Positions 24,241 through 35,724 of a stretch of 64,000 nucleotides of DNA are shown in pieces. Every line of letters begins with the position of its first letter. Positions within the stretch are counted from its first letter, which is position 1. The notes under the pieces were generated by a model. That model was not told the DNA's origin and made no database searches. It saw only the letters and a list, made by a program, of their open reading frames with translations. Both the position numbers and the translations under genes were made by a program. This DNA comes from Botryllus schlosseri (lineage: Eukaryota). The DNA lies in the NCBI GenBank assembly GCA_051294905.1, contig CM119378.1:744001-808000 (forward strand), in the 5' to 3' direction.

Positions 24241-27200
24241 TCAGTAACTGTAAGTGGTGTTATTGACAGCCTGACAGCCACTTCCTTCCGGCCATTTGGT
24301 TGAGATGCCATTTCCATAGAAGCCAGGCTGGCAAGCGCATATCGCTGACGTGTGGGCCGTTGGTGGAAGGTCGGAGCAGTCAGCGGCGTCGTCACAGTAG
24401 CGGCTGTCGAACCCGTTATCGACGTCGCACGCGTCGAAGTCTGGAAATGTCACTACGGTTGGAAGTCGAATAAGTAACAGGGAGTTAAAAAATCGAGAGC
24501 TCCAAACCACCTCACATATTGAGACATGCCACATCCATTTTCATTTGCTTATCCTTTATATATGTTTACCTAATTACTTTTTATTGTTTTTGTTCAAGAC
24601 TTGGGGTCCATGATCTCCTGAGTGATTCGCCGACTAGTTTTAAGGAGTCTACTAAAGATCAATATTGACACCACAACTATACAAGTACATTGTCCTTGCA
24701 TTTATGAGATCAATCAGATCAATGAGATCAATGAGAGAAGAACACTGTAATCGAACTCGTTCTGGTAATTACGCCGTGACGATGGTAGGACTAAAGTGAT
24801 GGCCATATTTGGTCATCAGCTACACACATTTCGGGGTTAGGCACTAACAAAAGTAAGAACCACTGTTCTAGGCAAATGAGTGACTGAACGACTACTCCCA
24901 AGTCGTTTCGACACCCTCCCATCTTCATTATATCGTATTGAACCAATAAAAATCGTAATAAATGACTGACTGACCTTCCACCGAATATTGCTCTAGAAAA
25001 TGCTCTCCGTGCACGATTAGGACGTAATCCGGAGATTCGTGGTAATGCAAAACCGGAACCACTCTCAACGTGTTATTCGATTCGATTGTGACGTTTTCAA
25101 TGGTGATGGCGTCGTAATCGTCGCCTCCTAATTCCTGTGAAAATAAGCCGCAGAGATCACTTCGATCTGTAAGCTACTGTTGGTTCCCAAAGGAGGTGAG
25201 TTTGAGAAACAGGGGAGGAATACTTGGTGGTCCATTGAGAGCCGAAAATCGTAGAAGGTCAATTATATTGAAACAATAACTGTTTGCATGGCTTTTTGCT
25301 AATCGATTGATGTTGATGGAAAATTTGTTCAATGTTCGACTCATCGAAGCCCGCGAGAGGTAAAAAGTATCGAATCTGGGACAGTTGCTGTACATTACAC
25401 CAGTGGTTCTCCGACTATGCGTCACGAAAGGTGAAAATTTGGGTCACAACCGCACTTGAGCGATCGTACGCTTTAATATAGCATAGCTGTCAGCATAGCG
25501 TCAAGATCACTATAAATGAAAATCGAAGAAATCAAGAAATCGAGACATGTGTGCTACCGCCTCACTAGGCACCCTTCGGTGACCTTATGGTGGAGAGGTA
25601 CAACCAATTTTCAATGCTGAACAGTTTCTTTTCATTTTTCGGGTACCATTCCTCAAAAACAATTTCCTTTTGAAACCGGTACAAAGAGCAAAAAGGTATT
25701 CCACCCTGTTCGTAATATTTGCCGAATTTCTTGGGAATTAATTAGGCCTACTTCGCGCGGTCTTCTGACGGTAATTTGTACTTTTCCAAGTCCAGTGTGT
25801 TAGGTAGCCTACTAGTTGTTCGGTACTACTAAGTGACACGTGCAGAAAATTGTTACGAGTGAGAGAATTTTTTATTTCGTCTACTGTGAAATACAAGTCA
25901 TGAAATGAGATGATTTGACTTGTAATTGCCAAAATGACATGAGATGGTATCGACAGTGTTGGCCTAGATAAGGGTAAATGAAACAAAAAGTTTGGGAATC
26001 ACTAATCTAAACGAACTCGAACCGAACCTGCGGAAATGGATAAAATTCGTCCTTCACAACCAGATATTTCTCAAGCGTTACGTTGGTATGATAATCGTAC
26101 GGCCGTTTCCATCGGAAAGACACTCTGGCGAGATTTGTGGTATGGTCAATCGTCACGTTATACTTCTCGAGGTGTGAAACCGGCCCGGAGTAGATTTGTC
26201 GGTCTGAATACTTTTCAGTTAGTGGCGAGGTTGTGGTTGAACAATCAAAATATTGAAACCTGTTAATGCGAATTCTGTAGTGTTGGTACAGTCATGCGTG
26301 TCGTTTTCCGCGCTTTTGCAATATTCGATGACCTCATTTCCAGTCTCTAGCGCCCCAAACCCTGAATGTAAGACAAAGAATTGAACCACGCCTAAAAAGA
26401 TTGAAATTGATGTTTTACCTAACGACCAATCGGTGTACGGCACAACATGCAAGTCGTAAACCTCCCCGAATTCGACCGGAAATTCGAGTTCGCGCACGTC
26501 CTGCAACAAAATCGATTCGAAATTCTTTTCCTAAAACCACAATCTCCGAGCACTGACCGCCGCCACTGTTTTGTATCCCGCGCCCAACATCGCGCACAAA
26601 TCGCCGCAATCGCGCGAAACATTTCCCGCGCAAGGCAATTGACACGGAGAATCCGCGTCTCGCAACCACACACTCCCTTCTACACCCACGCATCTGAAAC
26701 GAAGGAATAGAGCAACTTCGTAGAAACCCGGCTTATCTGCTTCACTCACGCTGACGCGTTTTGATGATCTACAACGGAAAAGAGTTTTGTCATGATTATG
26801 GATGAAACCTTTAACGATTCGTGATGATGAACACACATAAAAAAATCCTCACTTCGACGCTTATTCAAGTAAAGATTATTTTCAAGTTCTTCGTTTTCAC
26901 GGCGAACGCTGAATTTGTACGCGAATCCGTCGAATGCTGATGCGTCATCTAAGAAAATCAACGGGACCCCCTTACAAATCGCTTCACAAATATGGTGTCA
27001 AAATTGACAATAAATAGTCAGAATGCGTCCCTCATATTCTTGAATATGGCACAGAGAGAGAGAGAGAGAATAATTTATTTGTCACCCGTTCTAATCAATG
27101 GTTTACCTTCTAAAAATGCAGTTGAATGAAACAGGGGTTGATAAACACAGTTTCCGGGGGCCTGATATAACAGCATCAAAGCCATAGATACTGCCCAGGA

Positions 27201-28473
27201 TGATTTTACTAGCAGGAGTCTTTATGCCCTCAAAACTAATATCTGGATGTAGGTAATTACATTAACTAACGAAGAATAAACTATCTGTGGTGTTTTGAGC
27301 CATCAGTGTTACGAACAAGTCACTACCTTCGAGTCACGAGTCATTTCGAGTCATTGCACACTTTGACTCGAGTCAAGTCAAGTCCCTCGATTTTTGAAGG
27401 TGACTCGAGTCAAATCGAGTCAAGTCAAGTCAAGTCAAGTCAAGTCAAGTCAAGTCAAGTCAAGTCACTAGTCAAGTCACTAATCGAGTCCAGTTGAATT
27501 TTCAAAGTACGAGAAATGATTCAAAGTCATTGCATTATGCTAACTGTTTTAAATACAGATGGAGTCCCCATTAATTCTGTATCGAGGAATGAATGAGTAG
27601 TTGATTATACACGCAAACAGGCGCTCGCTCATACCTACAGAACTGCTAAACTACGCAATTAGCGGTAGCCCCAGTCTTGACTAATCAGCCGAAATGCAAG
27701 ATTAAATGTAAATCCTCAGAAAGTTGATAAACGGCTATAGTGCAATACCCTACCCACCCTACATATCTATAATATACAATTATAAACGCACAAACGATAT
27801 TCGTTCGATTTAAATCCTACAAGAGGTTTGGTTAAGGCGAGCCGCAGCACTGGGCATTTTGAGCAGTTTATAGAACAGAGATACATTGCTAGTATATATT
27901 ACTTTACTACTAGTTTACGACAACGTAGGCTGTAAGCTACGATTATAGATAACTAACCTACGGAGGTTAGTTATCTATACTACGATCACTGCGTTTGCGA
28001 TCATATACATTTGTGATGTAACAACGGAGGCTCGGTAAAACGCACAATCATTTAGTTATGGGTTGCTCTCACAGGTAACACCAGCGTATCGTTAACAACA
28101 ATCCGTACTTACACAAGATAGTATATAGCAATTTAGTCGACATCGATTACTTGATGACTTGAAATTGACTCGTGAATTTTGCTTCGAGTCACGAGTCAAT
28201 CCGCATTTCTGAAACGTCGAGTCAAGTCATTTTTGCAAAGTGACTCGAGTCAAGTCAAATCATACGACAAAGGTGACTCGAGTCATCCCAATACTGTGAG
28301 TCATACCGATACTCGCCAGAGAGCGCGGGCAATGTTTCATAGGGATTCTCGTTAACTTTGATTCGTTGAATATAGCTGACCTTATGTTTTTTTGTTAATT
28401 CACCCTCTATAAATATAGGCAGATATCTTGCTCGTCTCCGACCATTCAACTTGGCTAATACGCTCACATATAC

Positions 28474-28516
<43 letters not shown>

Positions 28517-28645
28517 TATTTGTCAAACTCACCCGAGACCTGGTATTGAAAGACTGCCCGCATGTCGGAATCGAAAGGGTTGTCAGATCTGTTGACACGA
28601 AAATCCATCGATAACTCCGTGATTTGCAATCCTGAAAGTGAAGAT

Positions 28646-28695
<50 letters not shown>

Positions 28696-28807
28696 TGCTG
28701 CTTCTCTATTGGGACCTGGTAGACTTACCAGTCGCATGATGGCAATTCAGGCCCTCGGCAACCCCAAATATGATTAGGAGTGCTGACGTAACTATCGACA
28801 AATCCAT
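24241..28807 (-). CDS. Paralogue B: complete 382-aa secreted-type protein, signal peptide + FN3-like (Cys-rich insert) + FN3-like + EGF-like. Exons 28807-28729, 28631-28533, 26948-26853, 26768-26750, 26693-26558, 26500-26419, 26361-26260, 26203-26028, 25134-24975, 24440-24241
   Basis: Ten exons with GT-AG introns sum to 1149 nt of open frame. N-terminus MDLSIVTSALLIIFGVAEG; C-terminal six-Cys EGF-like DFDACDVDNGFDSRYCDDAADCSDLPPTAHTSAICACQPGFYGNG...GSGC; no transmembrane segment before the stop. Confidence 0.9.
27304..28296. mobile_element. MITE with gactcgagtc/caagt subterminal repeats (CAGTGTTGGGA family)
   Basis: Inverted homologue of 50757-52457; (caagt)n array at ~27420-27480. Confidence 0.85.
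27944..27979. mobile_element. 36-bp palindrome with 7-bp TSD (candidate P-type transposon footprint)
   Basis: ctacgat[tatagataactaacctacggaggttagttatctata]ctacgat. Confidence 0.8.
28645..28694. repeat. (TAG)n microsatellite in intron 1 of paralogue B
   Basis: About 16 uninterrupted gta/tag units; not expanded in the 55-nt homologous intron of paralogue A. Confidence 0.95.
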
Positions 28808-28889
28808 GTTATCCTGAAGTCTGAGTTATATAAATGCTGTCAATGATCAAGGTATTAAAGTATTGTCTTGTTTAGTGCGGGGTGTGAGT

Positions 28890-29428
28890 CACTGATGAGC
28901 GGATATTGATTTCTGAGAATCCGAATCCGTCCGACAGCTCGAGCCTCTGAGAAACTATACGATCGGATCCGAACGGTCTCAACCAAAATCCAAATAATGC
29001 CGCCCAGAATCAGAAAAATCCGAATCAAATATCTTCTCCAAAGACACCTAATTATACAGCTGAGCTGCGAGTAGTTTCTACAGGGCCTAAGGTTAGAGTT
29101 AGCCGATAAATATCAGGGATATATAGAACTCCTATATATCCCTGATAAATATTTGCTTGGACCTGTGACAGAGCAGTCCTATCAGAACGTGTTTATTTAC
29201 TGTCCGTGTTTGGTTGTCGAGCTGACGATATTTTTCTTTCGTCTTGAATCACGTTACGTGAAGTCCCGTCTGGCCAGAGCTATCCAGAAATATCCGAAGC
29301 AATAGTTACAACTATCCGGAAGTATCCGAAACAGAATCTGCAATAGAATTCGAATCCGATCCGACTGTCTCAAAATTGTGCAAAATCCGGTCCGAATCCT
29401 ATCCGAGTCCGTCCGATGCTCATCACTG
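28890..29428. mobile_element. MITE with atccga subterminal repeats
   Basis: Ends cactgatgagc/gctcatcactg; TSD degenerate. Confidence 0.7.
29114..29144. mobile_element. 31-bp palindrome with 8-bp TSD (candidate transposon footprint)
   Basis: ataaatat[cagggatatatagaactcctatatatccctg]ataaatat. Confidence 0.8.
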
Positions 29429-29813
29429 ACGTGGGTATAGGCCTATGTGTGAAAGTGTGAAGTTTGGTGAGTCGGAAATTAGCTTTGATGTATTGCAACA
29501 TGTAAAAAACAGGTATGGATTTTTTTTTTGGAATATTTGGTCTCAATTCTGCCTCGCCTTATTTTTGGATTGTACCATTTCACGAGTCCTGATTTGAACG
29601 AATGCCGACAACCGATCACGCTCGCCTCGTGCTAGCTTACGATTAATGATGGGTTTGTTGAAAGTGATTTCGTTTTGGAAATTATTGCCCGTCGTGTGTT
29701 TCCCGTTCATCTGATTGGTATACACAAGTTCATATATGCGATTCTCCTTGGTGTTATAAATATACTGCTATCCAACGTTTCTTCAAACGCGGCGGCCAGA
29801 GGTTGCTCTACAG

Positions 29814-30797
29814 CAGTGATTCCCAACCTTTTTTCACCCACGTACCATTTCGAGGTTTTATGCAGTGATCGCGTACCACCTACATAAGTTACGCGGCGCT
29901 GAAGGCGGTCTAAAATGTATCCGTCATTTATGACGTCATACTAACGTATTTGACCTATGCGAGGCGTAATAGCAAATACTATTAAACTAGGCATTATCAG
30001 CCAGGGTTGATGGGATGCATGGAATTGTTTTTCCACCACCAGTCACAAAAAGATGAAAAAATATTGAAATAACAGCAAACAACAAACGTCAATTTTTTAA
30101 ATGCGATGGCTGCATTTGCTTATTTTCCACCAGCTCAGCGTTTCTGAAACTTTTTAGACATGCCCCTCCCCCTGTTAATGATAGCGAAAAATTTAGCGCC
30201 CCCTTATCGTCATATCACAAAATGCAACCAGAATGCTAGAAATTCCAGCGAATAATTTGATGACAGATGGAAGGTTATGACAGCTGATAGGAGAATTCTC
30301 AAATATGCAATCAGGACTATACACAGAACAAAAACAATAAATTGGAGGTAAATCGCGTATCGCGCGAAAAATATTCAGTTGGCCGCAGTTTCTCGCCCCC
30401 CTTCAGATGCTTTCACGCCCCCCAGTTTGAGAACACTGCACTAGCTGGTCGATGCGTGGCATATCTTTGCTCACAGCGCACCGAAAGTCATGCATGGGCG
30501 CAAGTCGGTTTCGTTTCTTCGACTTGATACTCATCACTCATCAGAGATGAAAATCCTTGCTCGCACTCCCCATAAAAAAGGAAACTTAGCAGTTGGGGAA
30601 TAGCGTGAGAAGCTAGAGTTGAGTACGAGGAGGCCATGCTAAGCCTGATGTTTATTAGAGAACAATCTTTGTGTTCAGCCCCACCTTAACTAATAACTCC
30701 CCTTCGGTCGAAAAAAAAAACAGAATCCACTTGCGTGCCACCTGGAAGACCTTCGCGTACCACTAGTGGTACGCGTACCACAAGTTGGGAACCACTG
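29814..30797. mobile_element. hAT MITE with nested MITE 30136-30438
   Basis: TIRs cagtgattcccaac/gttgggaaccactg; perfect TSD ctctacag. Inner TSD caccagct/cactagct. Confidence 0.88.
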
Positions 30798-32660
30798 CTC
30801 TACAGTATACGCATGGCCATTTTCAACACTGTCCATACGACTATAACGCTGGAACACTGCCCCAATCTTCTATAAAGGCGTGTAAGTATGAACATGTACA
30901 TTTGTAGATGACGCAACATCTCATTATAAATCCTGTTGACGTTTAATAAAATTAGGTAACAGACGGCCTCAGTTGTGAACACCTAGAGGCGTAAGTGGGG
31001 TCTTGGGCCGTGCTACAAGTCGGCAGCTATGCCGAATAAAAATGAAAAAAATTGGCCTGGTGCAAATGACCGTATAGTATAGTCGGCAAACACCATGAAT
31101 ACCACAAGCAACGACAACCTGGAGGTCAATCACGCCAAGCGCGAAAAAAGTCAGATTAGATCAAATGAATTCTGTAAAAAAATATTGATTTGCAAAATCA
31201 GCATACAAAGTATTTTGGTGATTTTAATGGTCTTTATATTTTCTATGAGACCACTGAGATCAAACATACCAGAGTACTGTTTCGCTGGCCTACCCACGAA
31301 GTGCAAACATAATATTATGCATATTTTTAAATGCTGTTTATTTCGAAATTGATTCGTAGTATTGCAATATACTTTCGCTCACATAAAAGGTATAACAATG
31401 CTGAATAAGTCTCCATATCTGAACAGTGAACAAAGGCATTAACACCTGCCTCTCGATTAGCCCACTTCCCCGGACGCCACAACATATGCTGGATTTAATG
31501 TCAAATATATGAGGATGACCTTTATCTATCAGGGATTTTCAGACAGTCTATAGATATCCCTCCTATATACGAATGTACAGTTACCCATGCAGGCGCATTG
31601 CCAGAAATCGACTGGAATGTAACACTGTGACGTTTGAACTTATACTCCACAATGCATTATTGTTGTCAAGGTAAATTGGAGATGCACCGACAAGAGCCGT
31701 AAAGAGCCGTTATAATCTACGTCTCCAGATCACACGCCGTAATGATTAGAAATCATATTCCAGGCCGCAGACTATAATAGAAGCCCATCCCATAGTACAA
31801 TGACCATAAAGGTAATTGCACATTTATCATTTTGATTCCAAAGAAATTTGAGCTTCCCGTGTTTTTAAGCGGACCTTTGTCGAACAACGGTTCACTTCCA
31901 ACTATCGAATGCTTACTTTCGACACTTCCAACGCTCAACCGTAATTTGAGAAACCCGCCCTTCTATTATTTTACTTAACGCCAATCAATTAGCTTACTTG
32001 CTGCCAAGGTCGGTCATTACTTTGAGACGACGACATGAGCATCTCTCGCATGTTTTCATTTCATCGTGTTCGGCATTCTTGCGTTGGTTTTCGGAGAACT
32101 ATATATCGCCGTGATAAATATATAGAATGGACGGCATATTTAGTATTAATGAAATTGAAATATTCCGCAGTATACTGATGTTCAACGTTTTCGAATTGAC
32201 TCCATGCGAGTCTCAATCTAAAATCTAGTTCAGCATTACGACCGATGTGACTTCGTTAGATCCTGGTCTGTCGGTTGCGTTTTCCATTTTTGACTCTATA
32301 TATATTGTCCTTGCTCTGTTCGCTCACCCTTATTGCGTTTTTCTATTGGTTTGTTTTTGTTTAGACGCCGTAAGAACGCCGAGGTAGGATAGAAGGAGCC
32401 CAGATAAACCTCCCAAAACATGTCATGACACCAGAGGTGGTCGGTAACGAAATACCTCTACTTTTTCGAAGTACTCAAGCAGTTTTCCTCTACTTGTGGT
32501 ACTTACTCAAGTAGATCTTTTTTCACTACTTTTATTTCTACTTTGTAATATTTTGTGAATTACTTACTACCTTTCCGCTATTTTCAGTTTGTCAAATAGA
32601 AGTAGTTTAATCCCCAATAAGAAAGATAGCCTAAGAAAATTTGAGGCTGTTTTTACATAG

Positions 32661-33831
32661 TAGGGAGACCGTTGACAATTGTAACACTTTTTGGATTTTC
32701 CAACATTACGTGTTGTTCTCATGGAAATTTCATTTCCAAAGTTTTATATAAAGAAGCCAACAATTCAATAGTTTATATAAAAACTAAAATGGAACTCAAT
32801 CAACACTCAATCATGGAAATTTTGGGTCGCGAAAATCGCCGCTCAAATGTTACAATCGCCCCGTACCCAGGGACAATTGTACCACCCATGCGGGGCAATT
32901 ATAACAGTGTTATTTATAAGTAAAAACAAACAAAATAAACTACGAAAACAGGATCCCAACTTGTATTATTGCATTAAAAATTAAAAGAAGTAAAAGTTTG
33001 AACGTTTCCAGGCTACGCCCCATAGCATTTTGGCATCTGAATACAATATCACCCTTCGTGCCTTCTTCATGAGCTCAAAGTGTACAAGAACCACATTCAT
33101 TCCATCATCTCCCTACACATATTAGGCATCTTCTACACAGGTGCTGTTGTTCAGCGTGCACAATGGGTTGGCCATTGGGTCACCTGCGAAGGTGCGAAAG
33201 CGACCTGGCTAAAATATTTTTGTTGAATGGGCCGATGATAGTGTAGCAAAACGAGGACACAACATTTCGTGGAGTCAAAGCTAATGGCATTCTCCTGTTC
33301 TGTACAAAATTAAAATAAATTCTTCACAACAATAAATGACAAAATGTAATTGGGTCCTGCTCAAAGTCAGGGGATGAGGATTCAGTCATGGGCAAATTCT
33401 TAAGTGACCATTGAAGGTCGACACATCAAAAGTCGATCAACATGAGGAAAGGTGTTACGTTTGCCCCTGACACGCTCGACCATGATTAGTGTCTCAGTAT
33501 GGTACCTTTCCGGCGATGGAAGTCCTATAGTTTGTCTATCATCACGGTAAACAGTGGTAACATTGTTCCAGCTACATATATATTACGTTGTAGCCACTTG
33601 AGGTATTATTCGTCTGAACAAATTATTCCAGATATTTACTCAAGTGTCCAAAATTTCGTTTTTTTCAAATTATTTCAGAGTGTCGCGTCGTATCTCAACG
33701 TAACTTCAGATATGATAGGAGATATAACTACCACATGCGCACACAAAATATCAAGGTGATTTATCCACCCTACTAGCGGTGAGGTCGATTGTTACATTTG
33801 CCCCTAGTTACATTTGTCCTCGGTCTCCCCC
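32661..33831 (-). mobile_element. pogo/Tc1-mariner-type deletion derivative with PHD-finger remnant
   Basis: Ends gggagacc...tgtaac / gttaca...ggtctcccc. Minus strand ~33030-33130 reads CLIC...WNECGSCTL*AHEEGT...FRCQN, like the PHD finger at the C-terminus of pogo-family transposases. Confidence 0.7.
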
Positions 33832-34687
33832 CAACATTTAATTTTCATAAAAGTCATGACATATACTCAGAATTTTCGTTGCGCTTCGCGCACAGTAGAT
33901 ATGGAGTGACGAATATATGTTTTAACGAAAGTATCGCTGAATATAATTTAGATAACGGATTGCGTGGTTCTGTTCACATCGCATTGTCGACTTTATTAAA
34001 TATTTCATCACATTAAGTATGGCCCTTATAACGTTTGAAACTACCGTTTCGCAATCTAGCAATTACCTATATACCTAGCAGCCCATGACGTGTCCTAATC
34101 TTTTTTATCGTTAGACCTGTTTCATCAGACCACCGTTGAAATTTTCTGAACAAAAGACATGAAATATGTGTTCCGCTTCTTAGAAGTAGTATTTGTATTT
34201 TTCTTTCATTTACGAGCATTATGCGTTTAGTTCTAATTATAGGTTAAGTCCTGTTTTCCAGAGAACATGCATGTTGAAGTATAATAGCAAATGTAGTAAT
34301 GCCTCATATTTTCCGAAAATGAAGCTATAAACTATTGTAACCGCTCGGTTAAGCGAGGACTACGACCGAACGGCTACACTATATGGCATTTTTACGATCT
34401 GCCATATTCATAATTAACGTATTCTAATCGCGGAAAGTGTTAAAGTCGTATCCGACACAACTTCTCCATATTGCTCTTCGACTGAACTATTAGAGGCCTT
34501 ATAATATGCGGGAGGGCCATGCCATGATATTCTCTTAAACCGGGTGTTCGAGTAAACATTAATTTAGTATCGCATTTCCATATCAATACTTTCATTTACA
34601 TCCCATGATGTGGACGACTGCTTATTCTGTCAAAAACTGACAGCTGGGATGCATCGATATGAATCAAAGCTCTCTACACCTTCCGCA

Positions 34688-34856
34688 GCCAGACTGTTTA
34701 GAGTCAAGTGTACCTGTTTGATGCTGGTGTGATCAGACTAGATGACCCTCACGGTCTTATCGATCATTCCTGTCTAATACCGAATACTGTGCATGCATAT
34801 TTTCTGTACCACCACCACTGCCGAGTGTTATGTATTTCGGTTTGATGAAAAATAAA

Positions 34857-34890
<34 letters not shown>
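34688..34890 (+). mobile_element. 3' UTR of a CR1/L2-group LINE with (CT)n tail (5'-truncated)
   Basis: Nearly identical to 54159-54342, which follows an RT C-terminal ORF. The empty site is visible near 870. Confidence 0.85.
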
Positions 34891-34895
<5 letters not shown>

Positions 34896-35724
34896 AGCGT
34901 CATTTGCAGCTTTTGACAGCCCATGCGAACGAATTACGATCGTTTACACAACTACTCACTTACTTGAGTAGATTTAAAGTCAGTGAATTCTACTTCAAGT
35001 AGTTTTATGTTGCTTATGAAAGAAGTACTTCTACTACTCGTACTTCAGCAGATTTTTTCGCCGCTACTTCTACTTCTACTTGAGTAGCTTTCTTAACTAC
35101 TTTGACCACCTCTGCATGACAGTCATATATGAACACTGCGACACCTCATACAGGTTCCAGACATGATATCCGAGCGAAGAACGAAGCCGTTTCATTTCTT
35201 GGAGATAGGGCGTTTCGAAGTGTCGGGGGTGTATCTGAGCTGCATTCCTGATTACTTAGGGGGAAACGCCGAGAAAAATAAACGGTAAAGATCTTGTAAA
35301 ATGAAGCGCATGAACATAACGGTGGAAAACGTCTAAAGAAAGACCACTGAGCTATATAGAGACAGTCGTAATATCAAGATCAAAAAATGTTACAAAAGGG
35401 TACTGGGCCCGTCCAGAGCGGATGTTTGAGAGAGACTTTAGTCAGTCGTTTCGACATCCTCCAATCCGTACACTGTATTTCATTTAAATCGTTTTTCTTG
35501 AGCACATGAAAATATAGAAGCCTACGATTACTGATTTATCTTAGAGCCCCGTTGATTGTAGCCAATGATATATATATTGCAGCTGATCAAATCCAGTTCT
35601 ACCTTTTTCGCTGCAGCGATTGCGATGAGGTGGAGAGTATCATTCGAGCAAACAAACTCGCCGGTCGATTGCTCAGCGTATGCTGCGTTCCTCTTGTTAT
35701 CTTATGGTGTGATTTTGCCAAATT

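Larger units (their letters stand above)
32432..35114. mobile_element. hAT-type non-autonomous element (ctactt family) carrying two later insertions
   Basis: TIRs cagaggtggtc/gaccacctctg; TSD catgacac/catgacag (7/8). Confidence 0.85.

Noticed and set aside
28255..28737. 160-aa ORF with poly-Thr (mucin-like)
   Set aside because: The poly-Thr is an intronic (TAG)n microsatellite; only 28533-28631 is real exon in this frame.
31400..32430. Possible small minus-strand gene (two GTAAGC donors in unique sequence)
   Set aside because: No consistent spliced open frame or recognisable protein could be assembled.
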